Below, piece by piece: positions 38,269-47,920 of a stretch of DNA of 64,000 nucleotides (position 1 is the first letter of the stretch; each line of letters begins with the position of its first letter). Position numbers and translations under genes: made by a program. Source of the DNA: Calditrichales bacterium (GTDB lineage Bacteria; Calditrichota; Calditrichia; Calditrichales; J004); NCBI GenBank assembly GCA_965267575.1, contig OZ254086.1, forward strand, positions 448,001 through 512,000, given 5' to 3'. The notes below the pieces were generated by a model. It made no database searches, had not been told where the DNA came from, and saw only the letters and a program-made list of their open reading frames with translations.

Positions 38269-39201
38269 ATGTCAGAAGCAAAACATTACAAAGTCATCAT
38301 TCTTGGTTCCGGGCCTGCCGGCTTAACCGCCGCTCTTTATGCCGCCCGCGCCGACCTGAGTCCGCTGATACTGGAAGGCCACCAGCCCGGCGGCCAGCTC
38401 ACCATCACCACCGACGTGGAAAATTATCCCGGTTTCCCCGACGGTATCATGGGACCACAGCTGATGGAGGATATGCGCAAGCAGGCGCAGCGTTTTGGCG
38501 CGGAAACCAAGTTCGAAATGGGTACGGTCGTCGACCTGAAAAAACGACCTTTCTACGTAAAAGCCGAAAGCGGCGAGTACACCGCGGACGCGCTGATCAT
38601 TGCAACGGGCGCTTCTGCGCGGTTGTTGGGGCTGGAATCGGAATCCAAGCTTATGGGGCACGGGGTATCCGCCTGCGCCACCTGTGACGGATTCTTCTTC
38701 CGCGACAAGGAAGTTATTGTTGTCGGCGGGGGCGATTCGGCCATGGAAGAAGCAACATTTTTAACCAAATTTGCCAGCAAAGTTACCATCGTACACCGCC
38801 GTGAGGAATTCCGCGCGTCGAAGATCATGCTGCAGAAAGCCGAAAAAAATCAGAAAATACATTGGCTAACAAATAAAGTGGTAGAAGAAATTTTAGGGGA
38901 TGGCTTGGTAACCGGTGTTCGCTTAAAAGATACAAACAGCGGTGAAACCATTGACATGAAGGCAGACGGCGTATTTATGGCCATCGGTCACGTGCCCAAC
39001 ACCAAGGTATTTAAAGGCCAGCTCAAAATGGATGAAAACGGCTACCTGATCACCGATGCCAAAAGCAGCAAAACAGAGATACCCGGTGTTTTTGCCTGCG
39101 GCGACGTGCAGGACCATGAATACCGTCAGGCCGTAACCGCGGCCGGTAGCGGCTGCATGGCGGCCATCGATGCCGAGCGCTATCTGGGCAGTTTGGAGTA
39201 A
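38269..39201 (+). CDS. trxB: Thioredoxin reductase
   Basis: GSGPAG, GGQL, CATCDG, GGGDSA, GDV; SD AAGGAG. Confidence 0.97.
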   Translation: MSEAKHYKVIILGSGPAGLTAALYAARADLSPLILEGHQPGGQLTITTDVENYPGFPDGIMGPQLMEDMRKQAQRFGAETKFEMGTVVDLKKRPFYVKAESGEYTADALIIATGASARLLGLESESKLMGHGVSACATCDGFFFRDKEVIVVGGGDSAMEEATFLTKFASKVTIVHRREEFRASKIMLQKAEKNQKIHWLTNKVVEEILGDGLVTGVRLKDTNSGETIDMKADGVFMAIGHVPNTKVFKGQLKMDENGYLITDAKSSKTEIPGVFACGDVQDHEYRQAVTAAGSGCMAAIDAERYLGSLE

Positions 39202-39267
39202 CCCTTTGCGGCTTAAGGCAAGTCAGGCCTGCCTTTAAATAAATCAGATCATGATAGTGCTTATAAG

Positions 39268-39302
39268 AAAGCCCTTCCTTAAAAAACGGAAGGGCTTTTT
39301 TT
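39268..39302. terminator. Probable bidirectional intrinsic terminator
   Basis: aaagcccttcc...ggaagggcttttttt between convergent genes. Confidence 0.8.
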
Positions 39303-39325
39303 ATAGATTTCAATCCGGGTCAGCC

Positions 39326-39634
39326 TTAGCTGAAATCCACGTTGCGGATGGTATAATGCGCCATCACTATGCTATCCGGATCGATAAGCACGCCAAAGGC
39401 CTGGCCCTCGGGTAGCGACATAATTTTGTCGGCGGCGGCTTTGGCCTGCTCCATGCTCTCCCAGATCACCACATCGAGCCATTCGCCGTCCTCGTGCTGC
39501 GCCAGGTAGCGCGCCTTGTAACCACCCATCTCTTTCAGGATGGGATTAAGTGCCTCGGCACGATAGACAAACATATTTTCATCGCTTTGCGGTGCCAGCT
39601 TAAAGCGCACCAATTCCACGACGTTTTTGCTCAT
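39326..39634 (-). CDS. ABM-like (dimeric alpha-beta barrel) protein
   Basis: VELVRFK..GGYKAR..EWLDVVIWES. Confidence 0.65.
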   Translation of the reverse strand: MSKNVVELVRFKLAPQSDENMFVYRAEALNPILKEMGGYKARYLAQHEDGEWLDVVIWESMEQAKAAADKIMSLPEGQAFGVLIDPDSIVMAHYTIRNVDFS

Positions 39635-39696
39635 TCCATGTTCTCCGTTTTATTTAAATACCTCAATCCAATAATTCTACAATCCGCCAATTCAAT

Positions 39697-40167
39697 CTAC
39701 ATGTACGGCATTGGTGGCACCTTGCCCAACAGCCGCGTATAAGTGGCCAGCGAACCGCGGTGATGCGCCGTGTGCTCCACGATCGCGCCAATAATCCCGA
39801 AGCGCGGCAAACCGCCCATCACAGGGCCTTGCGGCAGCGGCGCCATCCAATCTTCCTCACTCATATCGCGAATCATGGAACGGGCGCGGTCAAAGGCTTC
39901 CTTCAGTTCGCCGCGTGATTTTTTAAGCGAATTGGCATTATGCAGAATGGCTTCATGTTTTTCGAAATCCATATCAAAGCCGTCGGGACTAAAGGCGCCG
40001 TCCAGGTACCAGTGGATGGTTCCGGCGATGTGCTTTACCTGCTGCGCGGCGCTGTACATCTCTTCCTTGGGGCGAAAATTGGAATCATCTTCAGCAAGCA
40101 TTTTGCTGCTGTTATTAAAAAACTGTTCGCTCACATCGAGCTCGGCAATAAGTTGCTGCTTTAACAT
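39697..40167 (-). CDS. DinB/YfiT-family protein
   Basis: FRP..QVKHI and EHTAHHRGSL..Y.RLLG..PP. Confidence 0.9.
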   Translation of the reverse strand: MLKQQLIAELDVSEQFFNNSSKMLAEDDSNFRPKEEMYSAAQQVKHIAGTIHWYLDGAFSPDGFDMDFEKHEAILHNANSLKKSRGELKEAFDRARSMIRDMSEEDWMAPLPQGPVMGGLPRFGIIGAIVEHTAHHRGSLATYTRLLGKVPPMPYM

Positions 40168-40199
40168 AATTTGCTCCTATGGTTTGTGGTTGCAGAGAG

Positions 40200-40232
40200 A
40201 TTATACGGGAGGGGGGTGACAACCCTATGTCA
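40200..40232 (-). promoter_or_regulatory. Putative WYL-regulator site and -10 box for the DinB-ABM operon
   Basis: TGACA-TAGGGT-TGTCA palindrome followed by TATAAT. Confidence 0.65.
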
Positions 40233-40356
40233 GCAGGAAATAGAATATTTGAAAATTGCGAGGAAGACTAACGCTTTTCTTTATCTTAATCTTTCTCTTA
40301 TTCATAATCTTCACTGCAGTAAAGGGCAAACACAGGAGTCTGCGCCAACTGTCACG

Positions 40357-40710
40357 CTAGAGCAGCGTTTTGGCCAGCAGCCACAAAACCGCGATGGTGG
40401 TAAGGGCCGTTAAAAAGGGCACAACCAGGGGCAGTAATTTTGGTGGCACCCATAAATCAAAAAAACCTTTGTCGTCTCCATAACGCTCGTGCAAAAACGC
40501 CAACGGACAGCGCCCGCCGTTAAGCGCCATGGCCGCACCTTCAGCAATCAAAAGTATCACGGCAGCCCATACCGTCCAATCCGTCCGTCCCGCAATCAGC
40601 GCATAATAGAGGTAGCCAATAAGGAAGATAAAGAAAACGGCAAAGATGCCGTGCAGCGTGCGCACCACATAAATGGCGCGCTTATTTCGCGGGCTGTTCA
40701 TAGCTGACAT
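40357..40710 (-). CDS. Small membrane protein (DUF2784-like)
   Basis: LH..F TM, GGRCPL motif, three hydrophobic segments. Confidence 0.6.
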   Translation of the reverse strand: MSAMNSPRNKRAIYVVRTLHGIFAVFFIFLIGYLYYALIAGRTDWTVWAAVILLIAEGAAMALNGGRCPLAFLHERYGDDKGFFDLWVPPKLLPLVVPFLTALTTIAVLWLLAKTLL

Positions 40711-41650
40711 TTCGAGTGTGGTGCATGTAAGTTTTCATGGCTTCGGCGGCCAGCATATCGCGCAGTTCGGCGGGCTCCTGCACCACCACGGCGTCACGAA
40801 AGGCCAGCAGCCAGGGCATTATCCACTTCAGGTCGCCAACGATAAAAAGCATCTCCACACCGTTGAGCCCCTCTTTCTCCTCCATCAGGCCGTAGCTATA
40901 TTTATCGCGGATAATCGGCGCTACCTGGCGCATCACCCACAGGCGCACTTCGCGGGCATCTTCCATGCGCTCAAACTCCTTCAGGTAATCGACGATTGAA
41001 AAATCGGGGCGCTTGCGGAAGGTGTGGTCGGTTGTGCGCAGACGTTTGATACGATCACTGCGAAAATCGCGGTAATCCGTGCGCAGGCGGCACCAGGCAA
41101 TCAGGTGCCAGTGATCGGAGTAAAAAACCAGTCCCAACGGCTCCACGTAGCGCTGTGTGGTTTTATCGCTGGAAGGCGTGTAATAATCGATGTCCAGGAC
41201 ATGGTGCGAGACAACCGCTTTTTGGATTTCGGCCAGGTGCGCTGGGGCGTCATCCTGTTCAAAACGGTTAAACAGCGCGGTGCGATTGGATAGCTGCTCG
41301 ATGAAGCTGCGCGTCTCTTCCGGCAACACCGAGCGAATCTTGAGCAGTGCCTCATGGGCGTGCTTTTTCAACGAATCGTCGGTCATTTTGTCCACGAACT
41401 GCGCGCCCATAAACAGCGCCGAGGCTTCTTCAGCTGTAAACATCACCGGCGGCAGATGATAGCCCTCCACCAGGCTGTAGCCTTCCCCCGCTTCCGCGGC
41501 CACCGGCACGCCGGCTTCACTCAAGGCGCCCATATCGCGGTACACCGTGCGCAGGGATATATTAAAATGCCGGGCAATCTCGCGACCCGTTACGCGCTTT
41601 TTGGCCTGCAGCATCACGATCATCGCCACCAGGCGGTCTACTCTGTTCAT
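40682..41650 (-). CDS. YafY/PafC-type wHTH-WYL-WCX transcriptional regulator
   Basis: MNRVDRL, ISLRTVYRD, LPPVMFT..EA, WHLIAWCRLR.DYRDFRSDRI. Confidence 0.95.
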   Translation of the reverse strand: MNRVDRLVAMIVMLQAKKRVTGREIARHFNISLRTVYRDMGALSEAGVPVAAEAGEGYSLVEGYHLPPVMFTAEEASALFMGAQFVDKMTDDSLKKHAHEALLKIRSVLPEETRSFIEQLSNRTALFNRFEQDDAPAHLAEIQKAVVSHHVLDIDYYTPSSDKTTQRYVEPLGLVFYSDHWHLIAWCRLRTDYRDFRSDRIKRLRTTDHTFRKRPDFSIVDYLKEFERMEDAREVRLWVMRQVAPIIRDKYSYGLMEEKEGLNGVEMLFIVGDLKWIMPWLLAFRDAVVVQEPAELRDMLAAEAMKTYMHHTRNVSYEQPAK

Positions 41651-41754
41651 GGAGTGTGTTAGAGTGCTTGTGTGTTAAAGTGTTATTGTGCTCTCATCAA
41701 GATCATGGTCCTGCCATGATCTCGCTTGAAAGATATTAATCAAGGTATTCGAAG

Positions 41755-42018
41755 TTACCTGGATTTAAGCGGGTATTTTTCGGGATGCCTGATAATTTTT
41801 AGACTCAAATCCACATCAATATCGGGCCAAAAAAAATGTCCTGGAGAAACCTCTTCGACTTTTATGATAGCACTAACCGGTTTTTCCTTAAACCAGGGAA
41901 AATCTTCATATGATAAAAAATACTCTTTGTTATTGTGTAGCAACCAAATCCCATGAGAAGAAATATTGGTTACCTCAGTGGTCGAAGTGCTGACGCCATG
42001 CTTCAATAAGTCTGTCAT
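41755..42018 (-). CDS. DUF2442-family putative antitoxin
   Basis: ISSHGIWL..FPWF..WPDIDVDLS. Confidence 0.85.
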   Translation of the reverse strand: MTDLLKHGVSTSTTEVTNISSHGIWLLHNNKEYFLSYEDFPWFKEKPVSAIIKVEEVSPGHFFWPDIDVDLSLKIIRHPEKYPLKSR

Positions 42019-42214
42019 AGTTCTCCTCTATTATAAACCTTATTTCTTTTAATTCTTTACTATTATAGCGATACTTTTTTGCAAGTCTTATTTCCGGTTC
42101 CAGCCAAAATTTTGCTTCGCCTGATGAGGAAACAACATGAATATGCATTCTTGGTTCCTCTCGTGAGAAAAAGAAGAAACGATAACCGCTCTTTATAAAC
42201 ACCGTCGGACTCAA
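41975..42214 (-). CDS. DUF4160-family putative toxin
   Basis: SPTVF..YRFFFFSREEPRMHIHV..EAKFWL..AWRQHF. Confidence 0.85.
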   Translation of the reverse strand: MSPTVFIKSGYRFFFFSREEPRMHIHVVSSSGEAKFWLEPEIRLAKKYRYNSKELKEIRFIIEENYDRLIEAWRQHFDH

Positions 42215-42370
42215 TAAAACTCCTAAAATCAGGGTGAAACCGGTTAGGTCTTTTATAGAATTAATCAGAGAATAGTTATTTTTTTTAGACTTTGCAAAGG
42301 GACAAAATAATTATCTGCTTAGAACGAAAGTACTTCAAGAGAAGATTAATTATTAAGATAAAGAACAATA

Positions 42371-45300
42371 TTAAAAGAAGGCCCGTACTTCGGCCTGGCC
42401 TGTATGGATCACATCACGGAAACCGGCTTCGTCACGGCCGGTGTATTGCAGTGTAAACAGGATATTTTTTGCCACCGTGTATTCCGCACGCAGGTTCCAC
42501 TTTTTGCTGACGCCTTCCTTTTTGCCCAGCGCCATCTCAAAGGGAACGGTTAAATCCAGCGGGTTGGAAAGCACACTCACCGACTGATATTCGTAGCGCA
42601 ACTGGACGCGCCCTTTGCCCGCCACCTGGTAATTCACTTCCGGCGACAGCACGCCAAACCACAGCTCCAGCGGGTAGCTTGCGGCGCGATTGTTTTCACG
42701 CCCGTATTCCAGGTCGATACCCAGCTCCCAGCGTTGGAAAGGTCGCCAGGAAAACTGCTGCTCCAGAAACCAGGCGTTGATATCGCGGTTGCGCAACGGG
42801 TTTGTCGGCGTATCGCGGATGGTCAGTTTTTGGCGGATCTCGCTTTGGCTGCGCAAAGTATTCGTGATACGCCAGTCGGTGCGGAAGCCGCGCTCAATGG
42901 TCAAACGGTCCTCATTTTCATCGGGATCAAGAAACTGGTTGAACAGGTCATCGCGGTAGCGGAAAAGCAGGCGGAAATTCAAATCACGGTTGCGGCGGTT
43001 GATGTACAAGTCCTGGTCGTAAACGATGCTGCCGCGCAGCGTCTGCCCCTTTTGAAATTTGGATAAATCAAGCAGGTAGATGGCCAGCAGGTCGTCTTCG
43101 CGGGTCTCCTCTTCCACACGAAAATAGCTGCTGCCGCTGATATAGCTGAGCAACTTTTGCCATTCTTCGCTGGGCCGGCGCCAGAATCGCGAGGGGTCGT
43201 AATTCAGGCGTAACGCCGATTCCATTTTTGTAACCGGCGTAAACTGTCCCGTGGGCAGGACAAACAAAACAAAGTCACCATCCGGGTCGGGTACATATTC
43301 CTGCAAATCGTCATCAAAGCGGAAGCTGCCACGGCCCTGACCCACCTCCAGGTACACCTTTTCACGCAATGCCGTCTGCTCCGTGGAAATGCGGTATTGC
43401 AGATTGATGCCCAGCGCGTTATTCCAGCGGTTATGAGTCACGCGCAATTCCGCCAGGTTGGTCTCGCGGTCCTGCCAGACCGTGTCCTGAACGGCAGCAT
43501 CGGCGTATTGCAATTTCAACGTATCGATGCGGATGTTCTCAAAGAAGGCGGTGAAATCTTTACTGCGCTGCACCAGCTCCAGGCTGGCCGAGGTATTGCT
43601 GATGTTGGTTAGCTCCAGTTTTAAGCGGGCCGTGCGCGATTCCGCCTGGGGCAGCAAAACACCTTTTTCCTCGATGTCATATACTTCGTCCCGTCGCAGG
43701 TTGTATTGCGTGTAGCCTTCCAGGTGCTGCCATTCGAACAGTGCCAGCCGCGCCCCGTAGTCGTTAAATCGAAAACCGCTTACACGCGTCGCTGTTTCGT
43801 TTCTGCGGCGTTCAAATTCATACAAAAACGCCGGTTTGAACCACCATATGGGCCGGGCAATTTCGCCGTTAAGCCTGCGCCAGGTGTTGCTGACGTCAGC
43901 CCGTTTCAGGTCACTGTTTACCTGTTCAAAACTCCATTGTGTCTCAAACCAGGAGCGCCGGTTAAATTGTAGGTTGCCCCCGGCACGCTGAGAATTCAAC
44001 TGCTCTTTTTTTAGCACGCCGCCGTTAAAGCCGAGGTTCAGATCATCAAAAGGACGGTAACGACCGGTCAGTTGAGCGCTCTGCTCTTCCCGCGATTGTC
44101 GTGCCTGTTCCAGCACGTTCCAGTAGCGCTGAAAATCGGGCTGCTGCACGCGGTCGGCGCTCTGAAAGTCGGCGTTGATTGACTTTAGCTGCAGGCGCGT
44201 ATCCAACTGACCCGCCGCGCCCAGGTCCAGGTTTTGCGCTTCCCCGCTGAAGGAAAAAGCCTGCCCGCGGTCGTCATCGCTATCCAGCGCGGAGAACGTA
44301 TTGCGGTCAAAATCGCTGATCGCCCATTCGCTTTTAAAACGCCATATTTTGTCAGGATTCCATTCCAGGCTGATGTCGGTCAGATGCTGGTCCTGCGGCA
44401 ATGGCACAAGGCGCAAATCGGTATAGGCGCCGCGGTTGGGTCCCACCCAGTTGTAACGCCCGATACGTGTGCGACTGTAATTCCCCTGCCCGCGTCCCAC
44501 AAAAGTGAAGCTCACATTGTAATCGCCTTCGCCGGCTCCTACAAAACGGAAATAACTAAACGTGCTGTCATTGAACAAAGTGTCGCCCTTTACATAGCTG
44601 CCCTTACCTGCGCCCACAAAAGTGCCGCCGGGCAGCGTTGCTTCCAGGAAATCATCACCGGCTCCGCGCAGTACATCGCGCTCTTCGTCGGTAAGCGCTT
44701 CCCCTTCGCCCAGCACCTGGTCTGTATTGTCCTGCTCTCGGTAGTAGCTCACGCGGTAGGAGAGATTACCCTCTTTCCATTCGCCGCCGGTCAGGCCGCT
44801 GAGAGCGTTGCGGTTAAATTTCTGTATCGCGGGGAAGTACTCAAAATCCACCTCAATGCGCGATTCGCTGGTGATCAGCCGATTGTTGCTGAAAACAATC
44901 TGCCCGTTGCCGTACTCGATGATGTAATCGTTGCTTTCGCCGCGCGTCATCTGCTGGCCGTTAACGTACACGCGCTCCGTCCCCGCCAGCACGATGATCT
45001 CGCGCTCGCCGTTTTTTCCGGTTAGCTGATAAGGCCCCTGGTTGCCCTCCTGCCCGATAAAGGTGACGCGATGGAAAAAACCGCGCGTGGTGGCATACGT
45101 AGCCCCCGCGTATTGATCAGAATAACGCCCCAACAGGCTAAGCCCCTGCAGCTTGCGCGACAAATTGGCGAATTCCGTGCCCTTGTATTCCAGGTTAAGA
45201 TCACCAACCGTGCCCTCCACGTTGGGGTGGCGAAACTGGATAAACACGCGATCCACCTCTTCCAGTGTTTGCGTGTTGCCCTCCGGCTGGATCGGCGTAG

Positions 45301-45868
45301 CCTCGTCCGTCAGCGCGGCGATAATCTCCACGTCGCGCGTAAGCTGCCCGCTCAGTTCCAGGTTCAACCCGGAATTGAGGGTCAGGTCGCGGTTTGTACC
45401 CACATTTACACCCCTGAAAATACTGCCGCTCTTTTGCAACCCGCCACCGATATCGGCAAAAGGATTTTCGATCCCTTTTGTGCGCAGGGCAACGCGCCCG
45501 CTGTCCTTAAACGAGCTGTCGGCAGAAAGCGTATCACGCTGGTAAAGGCTGTAACTGGGCTTGAAATTAAAGGGTAGGCGGCGGTAAGTAAGACGCAGGG
45601 TGTCACCGCTCTGCAAAGGCGGGAAAAAGCGTATCAGATTCTCTTCAAGCCGGTAGTCGCTGTTTTCCTTTAAAGGAGTTTGGTTTTGGTATACGCGCAG
45701 GCTTTGGCGTTGAAAAATATGGTTGGCCGGTATCTCAAACTGGCGCAGAGGTTTTGTTACAGCCATGAGGCTGTCCACCTGCCATTGCTGGGCATGAACA
45801 CGCCCGGTTGGCAACAAATAAAAAAAACAGGCCGTCAAAAAAAAAAGAAGTCGCAAAAGTCTGTTCAC
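42371..45868 (-). CDS. Large outer-membrane beta-barrel-like protein of unknown function
   Basis: Signal peptide; LNLELSG..IQPEGNTQ; GNQGPYQL..ERVYVNG..DY.I.Y..G; alternating beta-strands; C-terminal Phe. Confidence 0.75.
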   Translation of the reverse strand: MNRLLRLLFFLTACFFYLLPTGRVHAQQWQVDSLMAVTKPLRQFEIPANHIFQRQSLRVYQNQTPLKENSDYRLEENLIRFFPPLQSGDTLRLTYRRLPFNFKPSYSLYQRDTLSADSSFKDSGRVALRTKGIENPFADIGGGLQKSGSIFRGVNVGTNRDLTLNSGLNLELSGQLTRDVEIIAALTDEATPIQPEGNTQTLEEVDRVFIQFRHPNVEGTVGDLNLEYKGTEFANLSRKLQGLSLLGRYSDQYAGATYATTRGFFHRVTFIGQEGNQGPYQLTGKNGEREIIVLAGTERVYVNGQQMTRGESNDYIIEYGNGQIVFSNNRLITSESRIEVDFEYFPAIQKFNRNALSGLTGGEWKEGNLSYRVSYYREQDNTDQVLGEGEALTDEERDVLRGAGDDFLEATLPGGTFVGAGKGSYVKGDTLFNDSTFSYFRFVGAGEGDYNVSFTFVGRGQGNYSRTRIGRYNWVGPNRGAYTDLRLVPLPQDQHLTDISLEWNPDKIWRFKSEWAISDFDRNTFSALDSDDDRGQAFSFSGEAQNLDLGAAGQLDTRLQLKSINADFQSADRVQQPDFQRYWNVLEQARQSREEQSAQLTGRYRPFDDLNLGFNGGVLKKEQLNSQRAGGNLQFNRRSWFETQWSFEQVNSDLKRADVSNTWRRLNGEIARPIWWFKPAFLYEFERRRNETATRVSGFRFNDYGARLALFEWQHLEGYTQYNLRRDEVYDIEEKGVLLPQAESRTARLKLELTNISNTSASLELVQRSKDFTAFFENIRIDTLKLQYADAAVQDTVWQDRETNLAELRVTHNRWNNALGINLQYRISTEQTALREKVYLEVGQGRGSFRFDDDLQEYVPDPDGDFVLFVLPTGQFTPVTKMESALRLNYDPSRFWRRPSEEWQKLLSYISGSSYFRVEEETREDDLLAIYLLDLSKFQKGQTLRGSIVYDQDLYINRRNRDLNFRLLFRYRDDLFNQFLDPDENEDRLTIERGFRTDWRITNTLRSQSEIRQKLTIRDTPTNPLRNRDINAWFLEQQFSWRPFQRWELGIDLEYGRENNRAASYPLELWFGVLSPEVNYQVAGKGRVQLRYEYQSVSVLSNPLDLTVPFEMALGKKEGVSKKWNLRAEYTVAKNILFTLQYTGRDEAGFRDVIHTGQAEVRAFF

Positions 45869-46758
45869 GGAAGTTGAAGTCGTCCGCTTTTAACGAGGTT
45901 CCCGTCCAGTACAAAAATCCGGATATCATTGCCGCTTTGCATCAGGGCCACATCTTGCGGCGCAGAAAGGGAATCCGCGAAATGCAATGCTTTAATCTCT
46001 TTACCGTCTTTGGAAACCCTGAAAACACGGCCCGCGGCGGGATCAGCCACAAACAGGCCCTGATTCGGCCCCACAGCCAGCCCGCGAGGACGTTGGAATT
46101 CCGGAGCACTAATCTTGCGCAGAAAACTGCCAAAAAGATCAAACACGACAACAGCCTTTTGCGGCGGATCGGAAACAGCCAACCGGTCAGCACCCCACAT
46201 ATCAAGCTGTTCGGGCGTATCCAGCTCGCCGGCGCCGGAGTCAAAACGGCCAAAGGCCTGCTCCGCTTCCAGGTTGCGGTTAAATTTCACAATTTTATAC
46301 TCTTCGTGGTCCAAAACGAAAAGGTCGTTCTGCGAAGTCACAACAGCGCTGGCCACTTCGCCAAATGTATATTGCTGCTCAATGGCCGGGTTACTGCCAA
46401 AGCTGGAAATCAGGTTCATCTGGCGATCGTAACGCTGCAGGCGGCGGTTATAATAATCGGAAACGTAAATATTATTCACGGAGCGCACCCAGATATCGCG
46501 CGGCGAATCAAACTGATCGGGCTGAAAACCAAAACCGCCAATACTTTTAATGTAGCTGCCATCCGCTTCAAAAAGCTGTATACGGTGATTACCCGTGTCC
46601 ACGACATAAATTGTCCCCGAAGGTGAGACATCAATTGCCAGCGGTTCATTGAACTGTCCCGCCTTGTTGCCAAAACCGCCCCAACTGCGCATATCGGTCA
46701 CGATCTGCGCAGCCGCTAAGCCAATGAAAATTATGAGGATAGATACAGTTTTGATCAT
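45865..46758 (-). CDS. Secreted NHL-repeat beta-propeller protein
   Basis: GQFNEP..IYVVDTGNHRIQ.F repeats. Confidence 0.88.
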   Translation of the reverse strand: MIKTVSILIIFIGLAAAQIVTDMRSWGGFGNKAGQFNEPLAIDVSPSGTIYVVDTGNHRIQLFEADGSYIKSIGGFGFQPDQFDSPRDIWVRSVNNIYVSDYYNRRLQRYDRQMNLISSFGSNPAIEQQYTFGEVASAVVTSQNDLFVLDHEEYKIVKFNRNLEAEQAFGRFDSGAGELDTPEQLDMWGADRLAVSDPPQKAVVVFDLFGSFLRKISAPEFQRPRGLAVGPNQGLFVADPAAGRVFRVSKDGKEIKALHFADSLSAPQDVALMQSGNDIRIFVLDGNLVKSGRLQLP

Positions 46759-46903
46759 GAAGCAATCTAAAAGGAGGGCATTTACAATTCAAGGCAATAA
46801 TAAAGCCTGTTAAGCCCAATTGACGATAATGATTATGAAAAAGAAAAAGACAAGATAGCAATCGTGTAATGAGCACTTACAAACAGATCACGACGACCTC
46901 ATA

Positions 46904-46943
46904 GACTCCCGGACTTCAGGACACCAGGACCGCCTGACAATTC
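46904..46943. repeat. Degenerate 8-bp tandem repeat (GAC-N5)
   Basis: gactcccg gacttcag gacaccag gaccgcct gacaattc. Confidence 0.65.
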
Positions 46944-46988
46944 TGGTCAATTCGGCAGCTCAAAGGCATTCAGCATTTTTCAGGATAT

Positions 46989-47020
46989 AAAAAAAGGCCG
47001 CCTGAAAACAGACGGCCTTT
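46989..47020 (-). terminator. Intrinsic terminator after rpmA
   Basis: AAAGGCCGTCTG-TTTT-CAGGCGGCCTTTTTTT. Confidence 0.85.
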
Positions 47021-47037
47021 AAACTTTTCGGCTAGCG

Positions 47038-47295
47038 TTAGTTCTTGGAATAAACGCTAACTTTCTTTTTATCACGTCCGGCACGTTCAAAAGCAACGAC
47101 ACCATCGATCTTTGCGAACAATGTATCATCACCACCACGACCAACGTTTTTGCCGGGGTGGAATTTTGTACCACGCTGACGAACAATTATGGAACCGGCG
47201 GTAACAAACGTTCCACCAAAGTTCTTTACACCGAGACGCTTGGCATTACTGTCGCGACCGTTCCGCGAACTACCAACACCTTTCTTATGTGCCAT
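47038..47295 (-). CDS. rpmA: 50S ribosomal protein L27
   Basis: [21 protein letters not shown]. Confidence 0.98.
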   Translation of the reverse strand: MAHKKGVGSSRNGRDSNAKRLGVKNFGGTFVTAGSIIVRQRGTKFHPGKNVGRGGDDTLFAKIDGVVAFERAGRDKKKVSVYSKN

Positions 47296-47835
47296 TTAGG
47301 ACTCCTTTTTCTCTTTGGTGGTTTTGGAATCATCTGCTTTTTTGGGCGCCGCTTTAGGCTTGGCCGCTGTTTTTTTAGCGGGAGCTTTCTTGGCCGGAGC
47401 CTTCTTAGCTGTTTTTGCTGCCGGCTTTTTCTCGGCTGCTTTTTCAGCTTTTTCCTCTTTTGCGGCTTTCGGGGCAGGCTTCTCGGCTTTTTCTTCCGCT
47501 TTAGTCGCTTTGGCAGCCGTACCCGCGCCTATCTTATCAATCTGGACAAGTGAAAAATCCTGGCGGTGGCCGTTCTTTTTCTGGTATCCTTTACGACGCT
47601 TTTTCTTGAAAACGATGATCTTCTTTTCCCGCCCGTGTTCCAGGACAGTGGCCGAAACTTTTACCTTATCAAGTAAGGGCGAACCAAATTGCACCTTGTC
47701 TTTATCGTCATGCAGCAGCAGAACGCGGTCGAATTCCACTTTCTTGCCGCTTTCGGTTTGCAGCAAGGGTACGCGAATCCGGTCCTTTTCCGCAACACGG
47801 TATTGTTTTCCAGCTATTTCAACAATGGCATACAT
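47296..47835 (-). CDS. rplU: 50S ribosomal protein L21 with Lys/Ala-rich tail
   Basis: [26 protein letters not shown]. Confidence 0.97.
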   Translation of the reverse strand: MYAIVEIAGKQYRVAEKDRIRVPLLQTESGKKVEFDRVLLLHDDKDKVQFGSPLLDKVKVSATVLEHGREKKIIVFKKKRRKGYQKKNGHRQDFSLVQIDKIGAGTAAKATKAEEKAEKPAPKAAKEEKAEKAAEKKPAAKTAKKAPAKKAPAKKTAAKPKAAPKKADDSKTTKEKKES

Positions 47836-47920
47836 TAGGATCTGCTCCTGTTTGAGAATCAAAACGAGCCTTTAATATAAATTCCCGACAACGATTTATC
47901 AAGAGGAAAAATCGCCTTTT

